A stretch of DNA of 64,000 nt from Minisyncoccota bacterium (GCA_035541415.1 DATKNI010000030.1:1621-65620), one strand, 5' to 3'. Positions 1-9,863 are shown, counted from the first letter of the stretch. Numbers and translations are program-made. The notes: generated by a model not told the origin, from the sequence alone.

Positions 1-10
1 TAGAAACTTG

Positions 11-40
11 AGTATAGCACGGATGGACGGCAAAAGTCAA
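11..40 (-). promoter_or_regulatory. sigma70-type promoter firing out of the window (TTGACT-N18-TATACT, extended TGn)
   Basis: Reverse complement of 11-40 reads TTGACT tttgccgtccatccgtgc TATACT. Confidence 0.6.
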
Positions 41-85
41 CAAGCCGAGAGTAATTATGTCGTTGGCATAACCCCGCGATGAGCG

Positions 86-1807
86 TTATTTGAGCACGCG
101 GGCGGTGTTCAAATACCACGTCGGCACTTCGAGGAAGCGGTCGGAGGGATCGCTCAAAAGCTGCGGCGCCACCCCTTGCACATCCTTGTCGGTCACATAG
201 GTGTAGTCCGGGGAATAGAGGAAGATCGCCGGATTGTCATTCACGATTTGGTTTTCGGCGAGGTTGTAGTCGTTCGTGATGGCGGTCGTCGAAGCATTTT
301 CGCGGGCGTCTTCGATCGCTTTATCAACTTTGGGATTGCTGTAGATCGAAAGATTGAGGCCCGGATAGAACCGTTCGGATGAATCCCAAAAGGCATAGAG
401 GTCGGAGCTCGGCCCGAGCACGTTGCCGAAGATCAGCGCTTCGTAATCGCGATTCTTGATATCCTGGTTCACGATCACGTCGGCCGATGCGGGCATGAGG
501 TTTACCTGGACGCCGAGCGACTCCCAGGTGTTCTGGATCACGGTTGCGGTCTTTGCGAGGAAATCGATTTCGGGAACGGTGAGATTGATGGCGAGCGGAA
601 TCACCGAATGATTCACGAGCTTGTAGCGGAATCCCGGCGGCACGGGCGTTTCCGTTACTGACGAACTCGCCGAAGCCGAGCCCGTATTCGTAGAGCTCGC
701 GTCGGTTGCGTCGGGCGCCGGCTGCATGACCCATCCGGCGTTGGTAAGCGTTGTGGATGCGAAGTCGAGCGACGACGTCGTTACGATGTTTATGGCGTAC
801 GGCGCATCCGGAGGAATGGGGCCGAAAGCGGGGACGGCGTGCGCGCCCCATACCTGGTTTACGATGTCCTGCCGGTCGAGGGAATCCGCGAGGGCCATGC
901 GGACCGCGGGATCCTGGAGCGCGAGATTTTTGCTCTGGTTGAAGAATACGGCGTAGTAACTCGATGTGCGCCATGAGAACGTGTCGTAGGGACGGTTAAT
1001 CTCTGAGACCGCCTCGGGCGATGCGTTGCCGAACGCGTCGATCTGGCCGCTGTTGAATGCCGCGACGAGCGAATTCTCGTCGTTGAAGAATTGAAAATTA
1101 AAATTCTGGATGAGCGGGTTGTCGCCGTTGCCGTTCCATGCGGCAAGATTATACGACGTGATGAAGCCGTTTGGAGCCTTATCGTACGAATCAAATTTGT
1201 ACGGGCCGCTGCCGATCGGCTTCAGATTGTATTCGGAAAGGTGCCAGTTGCCCGGCGGCGCGTCGGCAAACAGATGCTTCGGCAGGATGTATAAGTTTTT
1301 GAGCGTGTCGCCGAAGTTGGCGTACGGATTCACGAGATTAAACTGCACTTCAAGTTCGCTCACGCGGCTTGCGGCGACGCCTTGCCAGCTCGGATAGAGG
1401 GGGGATTGCGCATCGGGGTCCTGGATGGACTGGACCGTAAAGACGATGTCGTCGCTCGTGAGTTTTTGTCCGTCGTGCCAGGTGAGGCCGTCTTTCAAAT
1501 GCACCGTCCAGACGCGCGTGTCGGACGAGACCGAAACATTATCCGCGATCCCTTCGAGGTTGCTGTACACCATTTTTACGAGGCCGAGGTCGGTTTCCGA
1601 GGTGGCGATCACCGGGTTCACGTATTCCGGCTGGCCGATCATGCCCTCCGTGAAGTCGCCGCCGGCCGCCGGAACGGCGCGGGTGACGCTCACAAAGACG
1701 ATGCTCATCACGACGATAAAGCTCGCCACGGCGCCCGTGAACGCAATCACAAAAAGAACGCGCTCGCCGCGCGTGAACACCCCGAAAATTTTTTTAAACC
1801 AATTCAT
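86..1807 (-). CDS. ABC transporter substrate-binding protein, family 5 (OppA/DppA-like), N-terminally membrane anchored
   Basis: LKDGLTWHDGQKLTSDDIVFT and PIGSGPYKF family-5 signatures; N-terminal TM helix. Confidence 0.9.
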   Translation of the reverse strand: MNWFKKIFGVFTRGERVLFVIAFTGAVASFIVVMSIVFVSVTRAVPAAGGDFTEGMIGQPEYVNPVIATSETDLGLVKMVYSNLEGIADNVSVSSDTRVWTVHLKDGLTWHDGQKLTSDDIVFTVQSIQDPDAQSPLYPSWQGVAASRVSELEVQFNLVNPYANFGDTLKNLYILPKHLFADAPPGNWHLSEYNLKPIGSGPYKFDSYDKAPNGFITSYNLAAWNGNGDNPLIQNFNFQFFNDENSLVAAFNSGQIDAFGNASPEAVSEINRPYDTFSWRTSSYYAVFFNQSKNLALQDPAVRMALADSLDRQDIVNQVWGAHAVPAFGPIPPDAPYAINIVTTSSLDFASTTLTNAGWVMQPAPDATDASSTNTGSASASSSVTETPVPPGFRYKLVNHSVIPLAINLTVPEIDFLAKTATVIQNTWESLGVQVNLMPASADVIVNQDIKNRDYEALIFGNVLGPSSDLYAFWDSSERFYPGLNLSIYSNPKVDKAIEDARENASTTAITNDYNLAENQIVNDNPAIFLYSPDYTYVTDKDVQGVAPQLLSDPSDRFLEVPTWYLNTARVLK

Positions 1808-1843
1808 ATAAAAAAGAACCTGCGAAAATGTACGCTCCGGAAA

Positions 1844-2059
1844 TTACGGGCGGTACAGCTGGACCACCGCCACGCCTACGAATGCAATGATAAGGATGAT
1901 CGTGAGATAGAAGATCGTCTTTTCCATGCCGCGGCGCGCTTGGTAGTAACCGCCGTCGCTCGAGCCGCCAAAGAGGCCGGACATGCCGGAAGAGCGCTCC
2001 TGGAGGAGGATGAGAATAATGATGAGGACGGCGAGTATGATTTGAATGATGGCGATCAT
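1844..2059 (-). CDS. secG: Preprotein translocase subunit SecG
   Basis: Two TM helices, ILLQ..SSGMSGLFGG loop, RRGMEK motif; 71 aa. Confidence 0.9.
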   Translation of the reverse strand: MIAIIQIILAVLIIILILLQERSSGMSGLFGGSSDGGYYQARRGMEKTIFYLTIILIIAFVGVAVVQLYRP

Positions 2060-2424
2060 ACGAGGATGTGAATTAAGAAGTTGACGGCGCTTACGACAAT
2101 CGTTGCGATGAAGAGCGCCGGAATGGATTGTATTGTAATCGTTCCATGGAGGAAGTCAATGTGCGACGAGGCGATCGGAAGAAGATAGAGGACAATCGCA
2201 TTCACGATGAGCACGCCGAGGCCGAGCGTGATCAGAATGATCGGCCCGAGGATGAGCGTGAGGAGCGGTTTGAGGAAGAAGTTCAGAATCGCGAGGATGA
2301 ATCCGAGAATGACGAACTGGAGGAATGTCGCGTTCATCGCAAAGCCCGGAACCCAGCGGTTTGCGAGCCATAAGGCAAAAGCGTTGCCGAGGGTGATGAG
2401 GACGACTTTTACGAGCCAGTGCAT
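2056..2424 (-). CDS. 4-TM phage holin family 4 / YvlD-like membrane protein
   Basis: LNFFLKPLLTLILGPIILITLGL..LIVNAIVL pattern. Confidence 0.8.
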   Translation of the reverse strand: MHWLVKVVLITLGNAFALWLANRWVPGFAMNATFLQFVILGFILAILNFFLKPLLTLILGPIILITLGLGVLIVNAIVLYLLPIASSHIDFLHGTITIQSIPALFIATIVVSAVNFLIHILV

Positions 2425-2446
2425 ATGAATAATAATACCACTCCGG

Positions 2447-3988
2447 CTACAGGAGTTCTTCGAGGAGGCTCGTCCCGGTCATCTCGGCCGGTTTCTCGAT
2501 GCCCATGAGCGCGAGGAGCGTCGGCGCGACATCGGCGAGCGACCCGGCGCTCTGGGTGGCGAGATGCTCCGCTCCCACAAACTTTCTTCCTTTGAGTTCC
2601 GGAGCAATGAGATGCAGCGGCACCGGACTCGCGTCGTGCTGGCTTTCCGGCAGGCCGGTCGTGAGGCTGAGCATCTCCTCGATGTTCCCGTGATCGGCGG
2701 TGATGGCGAGGAGGACTTCCGGGTCGTCGCCGATGGCTTTTATGACGCGGTCGATCTCGCGGTCGATGATGCGGACTGCCTCGAGCGATGCGTTGTAGTC
2801 CGCGGTGTGCGCGATCGCGTCGGCGTTCGCATAATTTACGAGAATGAACGAAAAGCCCTTGCTGTGGATCGCTTCAATGAGGCGGTCGGTGATCGCTTTG
2901 GCCATCATTTCGGGATGCTCCTGCGGATGCAAGCTTGAATCGGTTGGAACGAGCGTCCGGTATTCGCCGGGGAACGGAGGTTCAACGAGGCCGTTGAAAA
3001 AATAGGTGACGTGCGCGTATTTATACGTCTCCGCGATTCGCAGCTGGGCGAGGCCTTTGTCAGAGATCACTTTTCCGAACGGGATCGTAACCCGGTCCGC
3101 TTCAAAGAGCACGGGCGCTTTCAAACTGTCTTCGTAGTGCGTCATGGTGGCAATGAAAAGATCGTTGAACGGAACCGTCGGGAACTCCTGGAACGGTTTC
3201 ATGATGAACGAAGTCGCGATCTGCCGGATGCTGTCCTCGCGATAATTGAAAAAGATGAGCGCGTCGCCGTCTTTGATCCGCTTCTCATCCGAAAACCGAA
3301 TCGGCGCGAGATATTCTTCGGTGAGTCCCTGCTTGTAATTCGCTTCAATGAGCGGCGTCGGGTCGTTGACGAGCGGGCCGAGCTCCTGCGTCATCGTTTG
3401 GTAGGCGGTCTGCGTGAGGCGCCAATTGCCGTTGCGGTCCATCGCGTAATAGCGGCCGACGAGCGACGCCATGTATTCCCGGGGGATTTCCTTCAAAAAT
3501 CCTTCGAGTGATTTTGGGGGACTGTCTTTGCCGTCGGCAAAAAGATGGAGATTGATGTTTTTGATGCCGGCCGTTTCGGCCATGGCGATGAGCGCCTTCA
3601 GATGATCGATCGAGGCGTGCACATTCGCTTTCGTGAGGAGCCCCGCAAAATTGATCGCCGAATTATTTTTTTTGACGTGGTCGAATGACTGTATCAAGAC
3701 GGGATTCTGCATGAAGCTCCCGTCGCGGATCGCCATGGTGATCTTCGGAAAATACTGATAGAGCACTTTGCCCGCGCCGAGCGTGAGGTGCCCGACTTCG
3801 CTGTTGCCGACTTCGCCCCAAGGGAGCCCGACGGCGATCCCCGAAGCCTGCAGGCTCGTCAGGGGATAATTCTGCGCGAGATATTCGAACGTCGGCGGTT
3901 TTACGACATAGATGGGATTCGATTCGTTATTGGCTCCGATGCCCCATCCGTCGAGCACCACGAGAACCGTCGTTTTCTTGGCTGCCAT
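2447..3988 (-). CDS. gpmI: 2,3-bisphosphoglycerate-independent phosphoglycerate mutase
   Basis: LDGWG, GNSEVGH (catalytic Ser), GRYYAMDR, AETYKYAHVTYFFNG, TADHGN. Confidence 0.97.
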   Translation of the reverse strand: MAAKKTTVLVVLDGWGIGANNESNPIYVVKPPTFEYLAQNYPLTSLQASGIAVGLPWGEVGNSEVGHLTLGAGKVLYQYFPKITMAIRDGSFMQNPVLIQSFDHVKKNNSAINFAGLLTKANVHASIDHLKALIAMAETAGIKNINLHLFADGKDSPPKSLEGFLKEIPREYMASLVGRYYAMDRNGNWRLTQTAYQTMTQELGPLVNDPTPLIEANYKQGLTEEYLAPIRFSDEKRIKDGDALIFFNYREDSIRQIATSFIMKPFQEFPTVPFNDLFIATMTHYEDSLKAPVLFEADRVTIPFGKVISDKGLAQLRIAETYKYAHVTYFFNGLVEPPFPGEYRTLVPTDSSLHPQEHPEMMAKAITDRLIEAIHSKGFSFILVNYANADAIAHTADYNASLEAVRIIDREIDRVIKAIGDDPEVLLAITADHGNIEEMLSLTTGLPESQHDASPVPLHLIAPELKGRKFVGAEHLATQSAGSLADVAPTLLALMGIEKPAEMTGTSLLEELL

Positions 3989-4054
3989 CCCATTATTTTA
4001 AATGAAAACCTGATTTTTAGTAATTTTGCGGCGTTTTGCGGGCCGGCGGCGCGA

Positions 4055-4083
4055 TTGACCCGGCCTTTTGGAAGCGATATTAT
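4055..4083 (+). promoter_or_regulatory. sigma70 promoter of rny (TTGACC-N17-TATTAT)
   Basis: Near-consensus hexamers with 17-bp spacer in the divergent gpmI/rny gap. Confidence 0.55.
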
Positions 4084-4139
4084 ATGAGTACCGAAAAGTC
4101 ATTAAAAAATTATGAAATTTGCAGCCACTACGTACTCAT

Positions 4140-5666
4140 ATGGATACCACCACATTCTTAGTGGCGGTGATCACGCTTGGCGTGGGAGCCGCCGTCGGGT
4201 ATATCGCGAGGAAAGTTTGGGCACAAAAGCAGCTCGGGGGAGTCGAAGAACAAATCAAAAAGAATCTTGCTGACGCGGAGACGCGCGGCAAGGAAATCGT
4301 CCTTGAGGCAAAAGAAAAAGCTGCCTCGCTTTTGGTCGAATGGAAGAACGAAGAAAAAGACCGCCGCCGCGAGATCGACGAGATTGAGAAGCGGGTTCTT
4401 CAGCGCGAGGAATCGCTCGATAAAAAACTGAACGATCTGACCACGGAGCAATCCAAGGTTCGCAGCCATGAAGACGCCATAAAGGCCCGCGAAGAGGAGC
4501 TCGCCAAGCGGGAAGGGGAGATCGGGTCGCGCATCGAGAAGGTGAGCGGCATGACCGTTGCCGAAGCGCGCGAAGAAATTTTCCGCCGCGCAAAAGATGA
4601 CCGTTCCCAGGATCTCGCCCAGCTCATCCAAAAAATGGACCGCGAGAACCGCGAGGAGATCGAGAAGAAAGCCGCCGACATCATTACGACCGCGCTTCAG
4701 CGCTATGCGCGCTCGCACGTCGCCGAAATTACGACGACGCTTTTCCCGCTCCACGATGAAGAACTGAAAGGCAAGATCATCGGACGCGAAGGCCGCAACA
4801 TCCGCGCGCTCGAACGCGCGACGGGCGTGGAATTCATCATTGACGAAGCGCCGGATGCCATCATCATCTCATCGTTTGATCCGTACCGCCGCGAGACGGC
4901 GCGCATGGCGCTCGAAAAGCTCGTGAAAGACGGCCGCATCCAGCCGGCCAAGATCGAAGAAAAAGTTGAGGAGGCGAAAGCCGAACTCAACAAGCGGTCG
5001 CAGGAAATTGGAGAACAAGCCGCACAGGACCTTGGCGTCTTTGATCTGCCGAAAGAGCTTCTCCAGCTCCTCGGCCGCCTGCATTTCCGCACGAGCTTCG
5101 GACAGAACGTTCTCGTGCACTCGGTTGAGATGGCGTACATCAGCGAAATGATGGCGCGCGAACTCGGCTTGAATCCCGAAGTCGCCAAGAAAGGCGCATT
5201 GCTCCACGACATCGGCAAGGCGATCGACCACGAAGTGGAAGGCACGCATGTCGACCTCGGCATGAAGCTTCTCAAGAAATACAACGTGGATGAACGGGTG
5301 ATCGAAGCGATGCAATCGCACCACGAAGATTATCCGTATGCCCGGCCCGAAGCCTACGTCGTCACGGCGGCAGACGTTTTGAGCGCCGCACGTCCGGGCG
5401 CCCGGCGCGGCACGCTTGAGACGTACATCAAGCGCCTTGCCGACCTTGAACGCATCGCAAACGAATTCCCTGGCGTCAAAAACTCCTACGCCATCGCGGC
5501 CGGCCGCGAGCTCCGGGTTTTCGTGGTTCCTGAAAAAATCGACGATTTCCGAGCCCTGGAGCTTGCCCGTGAAATAGCCAATAAAATCCAAGCGGAACTC
5601 AAATATCCGGGTGAAATCAAAGTGAACGTGATCCGGGAAATCCGCGCCGTCGAATATGCCCGGTAG
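4140..5666 (+). CDS. rny: Ribonuclease Y
   Basis: N-terminal TM, coiled coil, KH (KGKIIGREGRNIR), HD (LLHDIGK), SAARPGAR; ATG at 4140 preferred. Confidence 0.97.
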   Translation: MDTTTFLVAVITLGVGAAVGYIARKVWAQKQLGGVEEQIKKNLADAETRGKEIVLEAKEKAASLLVEWKNEEKDRRREIDEIEKRVLQREESLDKKLNDLTTEQSKVRSHEDAIKAREEELAKREGEIGSRIEKVSGMTVAEAREEIFRRAKDDRSQDLAQLIQKMDRENREEIEKKAADIITTALQRYARSHVAEITTTLFPLHDEELKGKIIGREGRNIRALERATGVEFIIDEAPDAIIISSFDPYRRETARMALEKLVKDGRIQPAKIEEKVEEAKAELNKRSQEIGEQAAQDLGVFDLPKELLQLLGRLHFRTSFGQNVLVHSVEMAYISEMMARELGLNPEVAKKGALLHDIGKAIDHEVEGTHVDLGMKLLKKYNVDERVIEAMQSHHEDYPYARPEAYVVTAADVLSAARPGARRGTLETYIKRLADLERIANEFPGVKNSYAIAAGRELRVFVVPEKIDDFRALELAREIANKIQAELKYPGEIKVNVIREIRAVEYAR

Positions 5667-5708
5667 GTCCACCCAGCACCACTTTTATAAAGCGGTGCTG
5701 GGCCGGAC
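5667..5708 (+). terminator. GC-rich hairpin after rny
   Basis: gtcc-a-cccagcacc-acttt/tat/aaagc-ggtgctggg-cc-ggac; no strong U-tract. Confidence 0.45.
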
Positions 5709-5744
5709 TTGCATAAATAAACCGTATGATATACTGATACCCAT

Positions 5745-7226
5745 ATGGATTCCATCTTTAATTATCCGCTCGTAACGTCGGTTCTTGCGGCATTGCTCCT
5801 GGTCGGCATCGTCGGAAAGTTTCTCAAGTTCTCGTTCGAAAAAATAACGCGGTGGTACCTCTACGTCGCGGTACTCGCCGTCGCGGTTGTGATGGATTCG
5901 ATCTTCTTCCCGTTCATCGGAGGAAAAGATTGGTTTTTCCGCTTCTCAACCGAGCTCGCGCTCATTTCTGCCGTCATGTGGTGGGCCTTTGAAGCCCGTG
6001 CCGGGGAAGTGAAGCAGCTCATCACGACAACCTACAAGAAGCCGCTCGTGATTGCGGTGACGATATTCGTTGTCGCATTCCTCCTTGCGTGCGTCTTTGC
6101 GCTCGATATCCACGCCGCATTTTGGTCAAACTTTGAGCGTGGCGAAGGCGGTTTCCAGATGATCCACTATTATCTCTTCTTCATGCTCCTCGTCATGTTT
6201 ATGAAAGATGAGGCTGATTGGAAGAATCTTTTCCGCTTCTCGCTCGTCGCGGCAGGGCTTATGATCGGCTACGGCCTCCTCGGCAACTTCATGGTTGGCG
6301 GTTTCATCGGCCCGTACGCGGGCGGGGGAGCGCCGACGACGGGATGGTTCCATGTTTTGATCGATGGCCGCTTCCAGGGATCGCTTGGCAATCCTGCCTA
6401 TGTAGCGCCGTATCTCATGTTCGCGATATTCTTTGCGGCATGGCTCTGGCTTTCCACAAAGCGCGATAAATCAAATGCCAACCTTGCGGCATGGGGTTAC
6501 AGCTTGCTCATCGTCGCATTCCTTTTCTTCTTCATGCTCACGCAAACTCGCGGCGCGCTCCTCGGCCTTGTCCTTGGAATCGTTGCGCTCCTTCTCTACT
6601 TTGCATTCACCGGCAGCCCGAGAGCAAAGAAATGGACGGCCGCCGTCGCGCTGCTGCTCATCGTCCTCGGCATCGGCGCGTATGCGGAGCGCAACAGTGC
6701 GTTCGTGCAGAAGCTGCCGGAGGGCCGCCTCCTTCAACTCAGCGCTTCCGACTACACCGCGCAGACCCGCTTCTGGGTTTGGCAGGAAGCCTGGAAAGGA
6801 TTTTTGGAACGCCCGGTTTTCGGCTGGGGTCCGGAAAACTTCACGGCGGTTTACGACAAATTCTTTGATCCGCGTTTCTATGTCCCGGGACAGAACACCG
6901 AGACGTGGTTTGACCGCGCGCACAGCGTCTACTTCGATTATCTTTCCGAGACCGGCATCGTAGGCTTGCTCGCATATCTTTCGATCTTTGCAACGTTCTT
7001 CTGGGAATTCTTCCGCCGCAGGAATCTCCACAAGCGCGCGGAGCACGGGGGAACGACCACGCTCCTTCGCGGCGCATTGCTCGCCATGCCGATCGCATAT
7101 CTCGTGCAAGGCGCGGCAATCTTCGACGTGTTCCCGATGTATCTTTGTCTCTTCACCTTCCTTGGATTTGCAACATACTATTTCTCCGTCCATCGTCGTG
7201 AGGATGTAACGGCAAACGCCAACTAG
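5745..7226 (+). CDS. O-antigen ligase / O-oligosaccharyltransferase family (Wzy_C) membrane protein
   Basis: Many TMs; GSLGNPAY, TQTRGALLG, R..VW, P.FGWGPENF, DRAHSVYFDYLSETGIVG. Confidence 0.88.
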   Translation: MDSIFNYPLVTSVLAALLLVGIVGKFLKFSFEKITRWYLYVAVLAVAVVMDSIFFPFIGGKDWFFRFSTELALISAVMWWAFEARAGEVKQLITTTYKKPLVIAVTIFVVAFLLACVFALDIHAAFWSNFERGEGGFQMIHYYLFFMLLVMFMKDEADWKNLFRFSLVAAGLMIGYGLLGNFMVGGFIGPYAGGGAPTTGWFHVLIDGRFQGSLGNPAYVAPYLMFAIFFAAWLWLSTKRDKSNANLAAWGYSLLIVAFLFFFMLTQTRGALLGLVLGIVALLLYFAFTGSPRAKKWTAAVALLLIVLGIGAYAERNSAFVQKLPEGRLLQLSASDYTAQTRFWVWQEAWKGFLERPVFGWGPENFTAVYDKFFDPRFYVPGQNTETWFDRAHSVYFDYLSETGIVGLLAYLSIFATFFWEFFRRRNLHKRAEHGGTTTLLRGALLAMPIAYLVQGAAIFDVFPMYLCLFTFLGFATYYFSVHRREDVTANAN

Positions 7227-7232
7227 AAAACC

Positions 7233-7880
7233 ATGCAAGAAGATCGCACCTATAAACAGCTCGCTGCCATCATCATCGCCGTTGTGATCCTCGGCTTTGC
7301 ATACTACGGATCGTATCTTCCGATGCGCAAAGCGCAGGCGTTCATCTCAACGCTCCAAGGGCTGCAGACGAGCCCCGCGACATCCCTTCAGGATCTCGAA
7401 ACCCGCGTGAGCGGCCCGCTCAACAAAACGTCTCCGATCGGCCAGGAGGAAATCGTCCGCAACCTCGCAAACAGCGTCCTCTCGTTCGTCCAGCAAGCAG
7501 GCACCACGACCTCGACCCAGCAGCTCGTTCAATTTCTCGACAACTACTACGATCCGATCTTGAACCGCGGCAAAGGCATGAGCTTTGGCCAGGACCTTTA
7601 TCTTGAAGGCGCCGTGAACGAAGTTGCGTTTGTACAGACCGGAGGCTCCCAATATTTGAAAGACGCGCAGCACTGGTACGAATTGGGCGAACAGCTTGGC
7701 CCGAACCGCCCGCAGCCGCTCTACGGTCTCTTTGACGTCTATCGCGCCGAAAACAATGTGACGGGCACGATTGCGGTGGCAAACAAGATTCTCACGAACT
7801 GGCCCGGCGATACCCGCATCGAAACAAGCCTCGTGCAGTTCCTGCAATCGACAACGCCGACGTCCACGAAAAAGAAATAG
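7233..7880 (+). CDS. Membrane-anchored helical (TPR-like) protein, probably the detached C-terminal domain of the upstream ligase
   Basis: N-terminal TM then helical repeats; same frame as upstream ORF, 6 nt after its TAG. Confidence 0.6.
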   Translation: MQEDRTYKQLAAIIIAVVILGFAYYGSYLPMRKAQAFISTLQGLQTSPATSLQDLETRVSGPLNKTSPIGQEEIVRNLANSVLSFVQQAGTTTSTQQLVQFLDNYYDPILNRGKGMSFGQDLYLEGAVNEVAFVQTGGSQYLKDAQHWYELGEQLGPNRPQPLYGLFDVYRAENNVTGTIAVANKILTNWPGDTRIETSLVQFLQSTTPTSTKKK

Positions 7881-7893
7881 TTTGCCCTAACGA

Positions 7894-8889
7894 ATGGCTC
7901 CGGGACAAAAAACAGCAATGGTGTTCGGCGCCGGCGGCTTTATCGGCGCTCACCTGGTCCGCCGCCTCAAGCGGGAAGGCTATTGGGTGCGCGGCGCCGA
8001 TTGGAAAGAGCCGGGATTCAGCAAAACGGAAGCCGACGAATTCATGGTCGGCGACCTTTCTGATCCGGACGTGATCAGGCAAACGTTCGACCGTCCTTTT
8101 GACGAACTGTACCAGCTGGCTGCCGACATGGGCGGCGCTGGTTTTGTTTTTACCGGCGATCACGACTCCGAAATCATGACGACGTCGGCTGGCATCAATG
8201 TGAATGTGGTGAAGTACGGCATCGCGCAGGGAAAAGGGCCAATCAAAAAAATATTTTATTCGTCTTCCGCGTGCATGTATCCTGCCTATAATCAGGAAGA
8301 CCCGAATAATCCAAAGTGCTCTGAGGAATCCGCCTATCCTGCGGCTCCCGACAGTGAATACGGCTGGGAAAAATTATTCAGCGAACGGTTGTATCTTGCC
8401 GCGCATCGGAACTTCGGCACCGAAATCCGCATCGCGCGGTTCCACAATATTTTCGGTCCCGAAGGGACGTGGAACAGCGGCCGCGAGAAAGCGCCCGCGG
8501 CAATGTGCCGCAAAGTTGCGGAGACTCCCGACGGAGGCGAAATCGAAATGTGGGGCGACGGCAAACAGACCCGTTCGTTTTTGTATATCGACGAATGTCT
8601 TGAAGGCGTGAGCCGCCTAATGAAGTCTGGTTTTACGGGGCCGGTGAATATCGGTTCGGAGGAAATGGTCACGATCAACCAGCTCGCCGAAATGGTGATG
8701 AAGATCGGCCGCAAAAAACTTTCTATAAAACATATTCCCGGGCCGCTCGGCGTGCGCGGGCGCAATTCCGATAACCGCCTCATCAAAGAAAAGCTCGGCT
8801 GGGCGCCGAGCACCAAGCTCGAAGACGGGCTCCGCAAGACCTACGAGTGGGTTTACGCGCAGGCGAAAGCCGCAGGAACGGCAAAATAA
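7894..8889 (+). CDS. GDP-mannose 3,5-epimerase (GME)-like extended SDR
   Basis: GAGGFIG, QLAADMGG, YSSSACMYP (Cys), YGWEK, GREKAPAA (Lys), PLGVRGRNSDN. Confidence 0.88.
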   Translation: MAPGQKTAMVFGAGGFIGAHLVRRLKREGYWVRGADWKEPGFSKTEADEFMVGDLSDPDVIRQTFDRPFDELYQLAADMGGAGFVFTGDHDSEIMTTSAGINVNVVKYGIAQGKGPIKKIFYSSSACMYPAYNQEDPNNPKCSEESAYPAAPDSEYGWEKLFSERLYLAAHRNFGTEIRIARFHNIFGPEGTWNSGREKAPAAMCRKVAETPDGGEIEMWGDGKQTRSFLYIDECLEGVSRLMKSGFTGPVNIGSEEMVTINQLAEMVMKIGRKKLSIKHIPGPLGVRGRNSDNRLIKEKLGWAPSTKLEDGLRKTYEWVYAQAKAAGTAK

Positions 8890-9792
8890 ATGATCACAAC
8901 GTTTTTCCGCGGCGGCCTCGGCAACCAGATGTTCCAGTACGCAGCGGGCCTCGCGCTTGCCAAACGGAACGGCGCCGATTTTTTTTGCGATATCACGCAT
9001 ATAAACGACCGTTTTCCGCGCCGAAATTTTACGTATCGCACATTCGACCTGCCGAAAGTTTTTTCGATTGAACCGCGCTACACGGCGCTTTCAAAACTTT
9101 CCCAGGCGCTTCCGATCCCGGGCGTATGGCTCGGCATCGATTTGCTTTTTATGAATATCCGCGAGGAGTTCCATCAGCTCGAAATTATTTACGAAGACAA
9201 GCGATTGGAATTTGATCCTGCGGTTCTTGCCGCAAAAGGCAACGTGATGCTTTACGGCCGTTGGGAAAATGAAAAATATTTTAAGGATACCGAAGCCGAC
9301 GTGCGCCAGGCGTTCCGGTTCCGCAATCTTTTAACGGGTGAAGCGTCGCTCGTCGCAAAACAGATCGAGTCGTCGAATTCCGTTTCCATCCACGTGCGAC
9401 GCGGCGATTACGCCGCATTCAAAAATGTCCAGCAGACGATGGGGGAGACGAATATCAATTATTATCACGATGCGTTGCGCCACATGGCGTCGCGCGTGCA
9501 AAATCCGCGATTCTTTGTTTTCTCAGACGACGTCGAGTGGTGCAAAAAGAATCTGCCCCAGGAATTTTCGTATACCTTCGCCGAACCGACGAGCGCGGGG
9601 CCGCATGCGGCATTCCACCTCGAGCTCATGTCGCGCTGCAAGCACAACATCATCGCAAACAGCACGTTCAGCTGGTGGGGCGCATGGCTCAATGCCAATC
9701 CCGGCAAAATGGTGATTGCGCCAAAGCGCTGGTATGCAGATCCGGCGCTCGCGGGGAGCGACATTGTTCCTGTGGGGTGGGAGCGGCTGTAA
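8890..9792 (+). CDS. GT11 alpha-1,2-fucosyltransferase-family glycosyltransferase
   Basis: GGLGNQMFQYA, HVRRGDY, FSDD, IIANSTFSWWGAWL. Confidence 0.93.
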   Translation: MITTFFRGGLGNQMFQYAAGLALAKRNGADFFCDITHINDRFPRRNFTYRTFDLPKVFSIEPRYTALSKLSQALPIPGVWLGIDLLFMNIREEFHQLEIIYEDKRLEFDPAVLAAKGNVMLYGRWENEKYFKDTEADVRQAFRFRNLLTGEASLVAKQIESSNSVSIHVRRGDYAAFKNVQQTMGETNINYYHDALRHMASRVQNPRFFVFSDDVEWCKKNLPQEFSYTFAEPTSAGPHAAFHLELMSRCKHNIIANSTFSWWGAWLNANPGKMVIAPKRWYADPALAGSDIVPVGWERL

Positions 9793-9863
9793 TTGAAATT
9801 CCTGCGCCGTTTCTTTTGGGGCTGGATTAAATTATAAAAAACCAATATTATTGGTTGGTACCT

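Noticed and set aside
2056-2424. Holin as evidence of a prophage
   Set aside because: YvlD-like family sitting in a housekeeping gpmI-secG context with no endolysin
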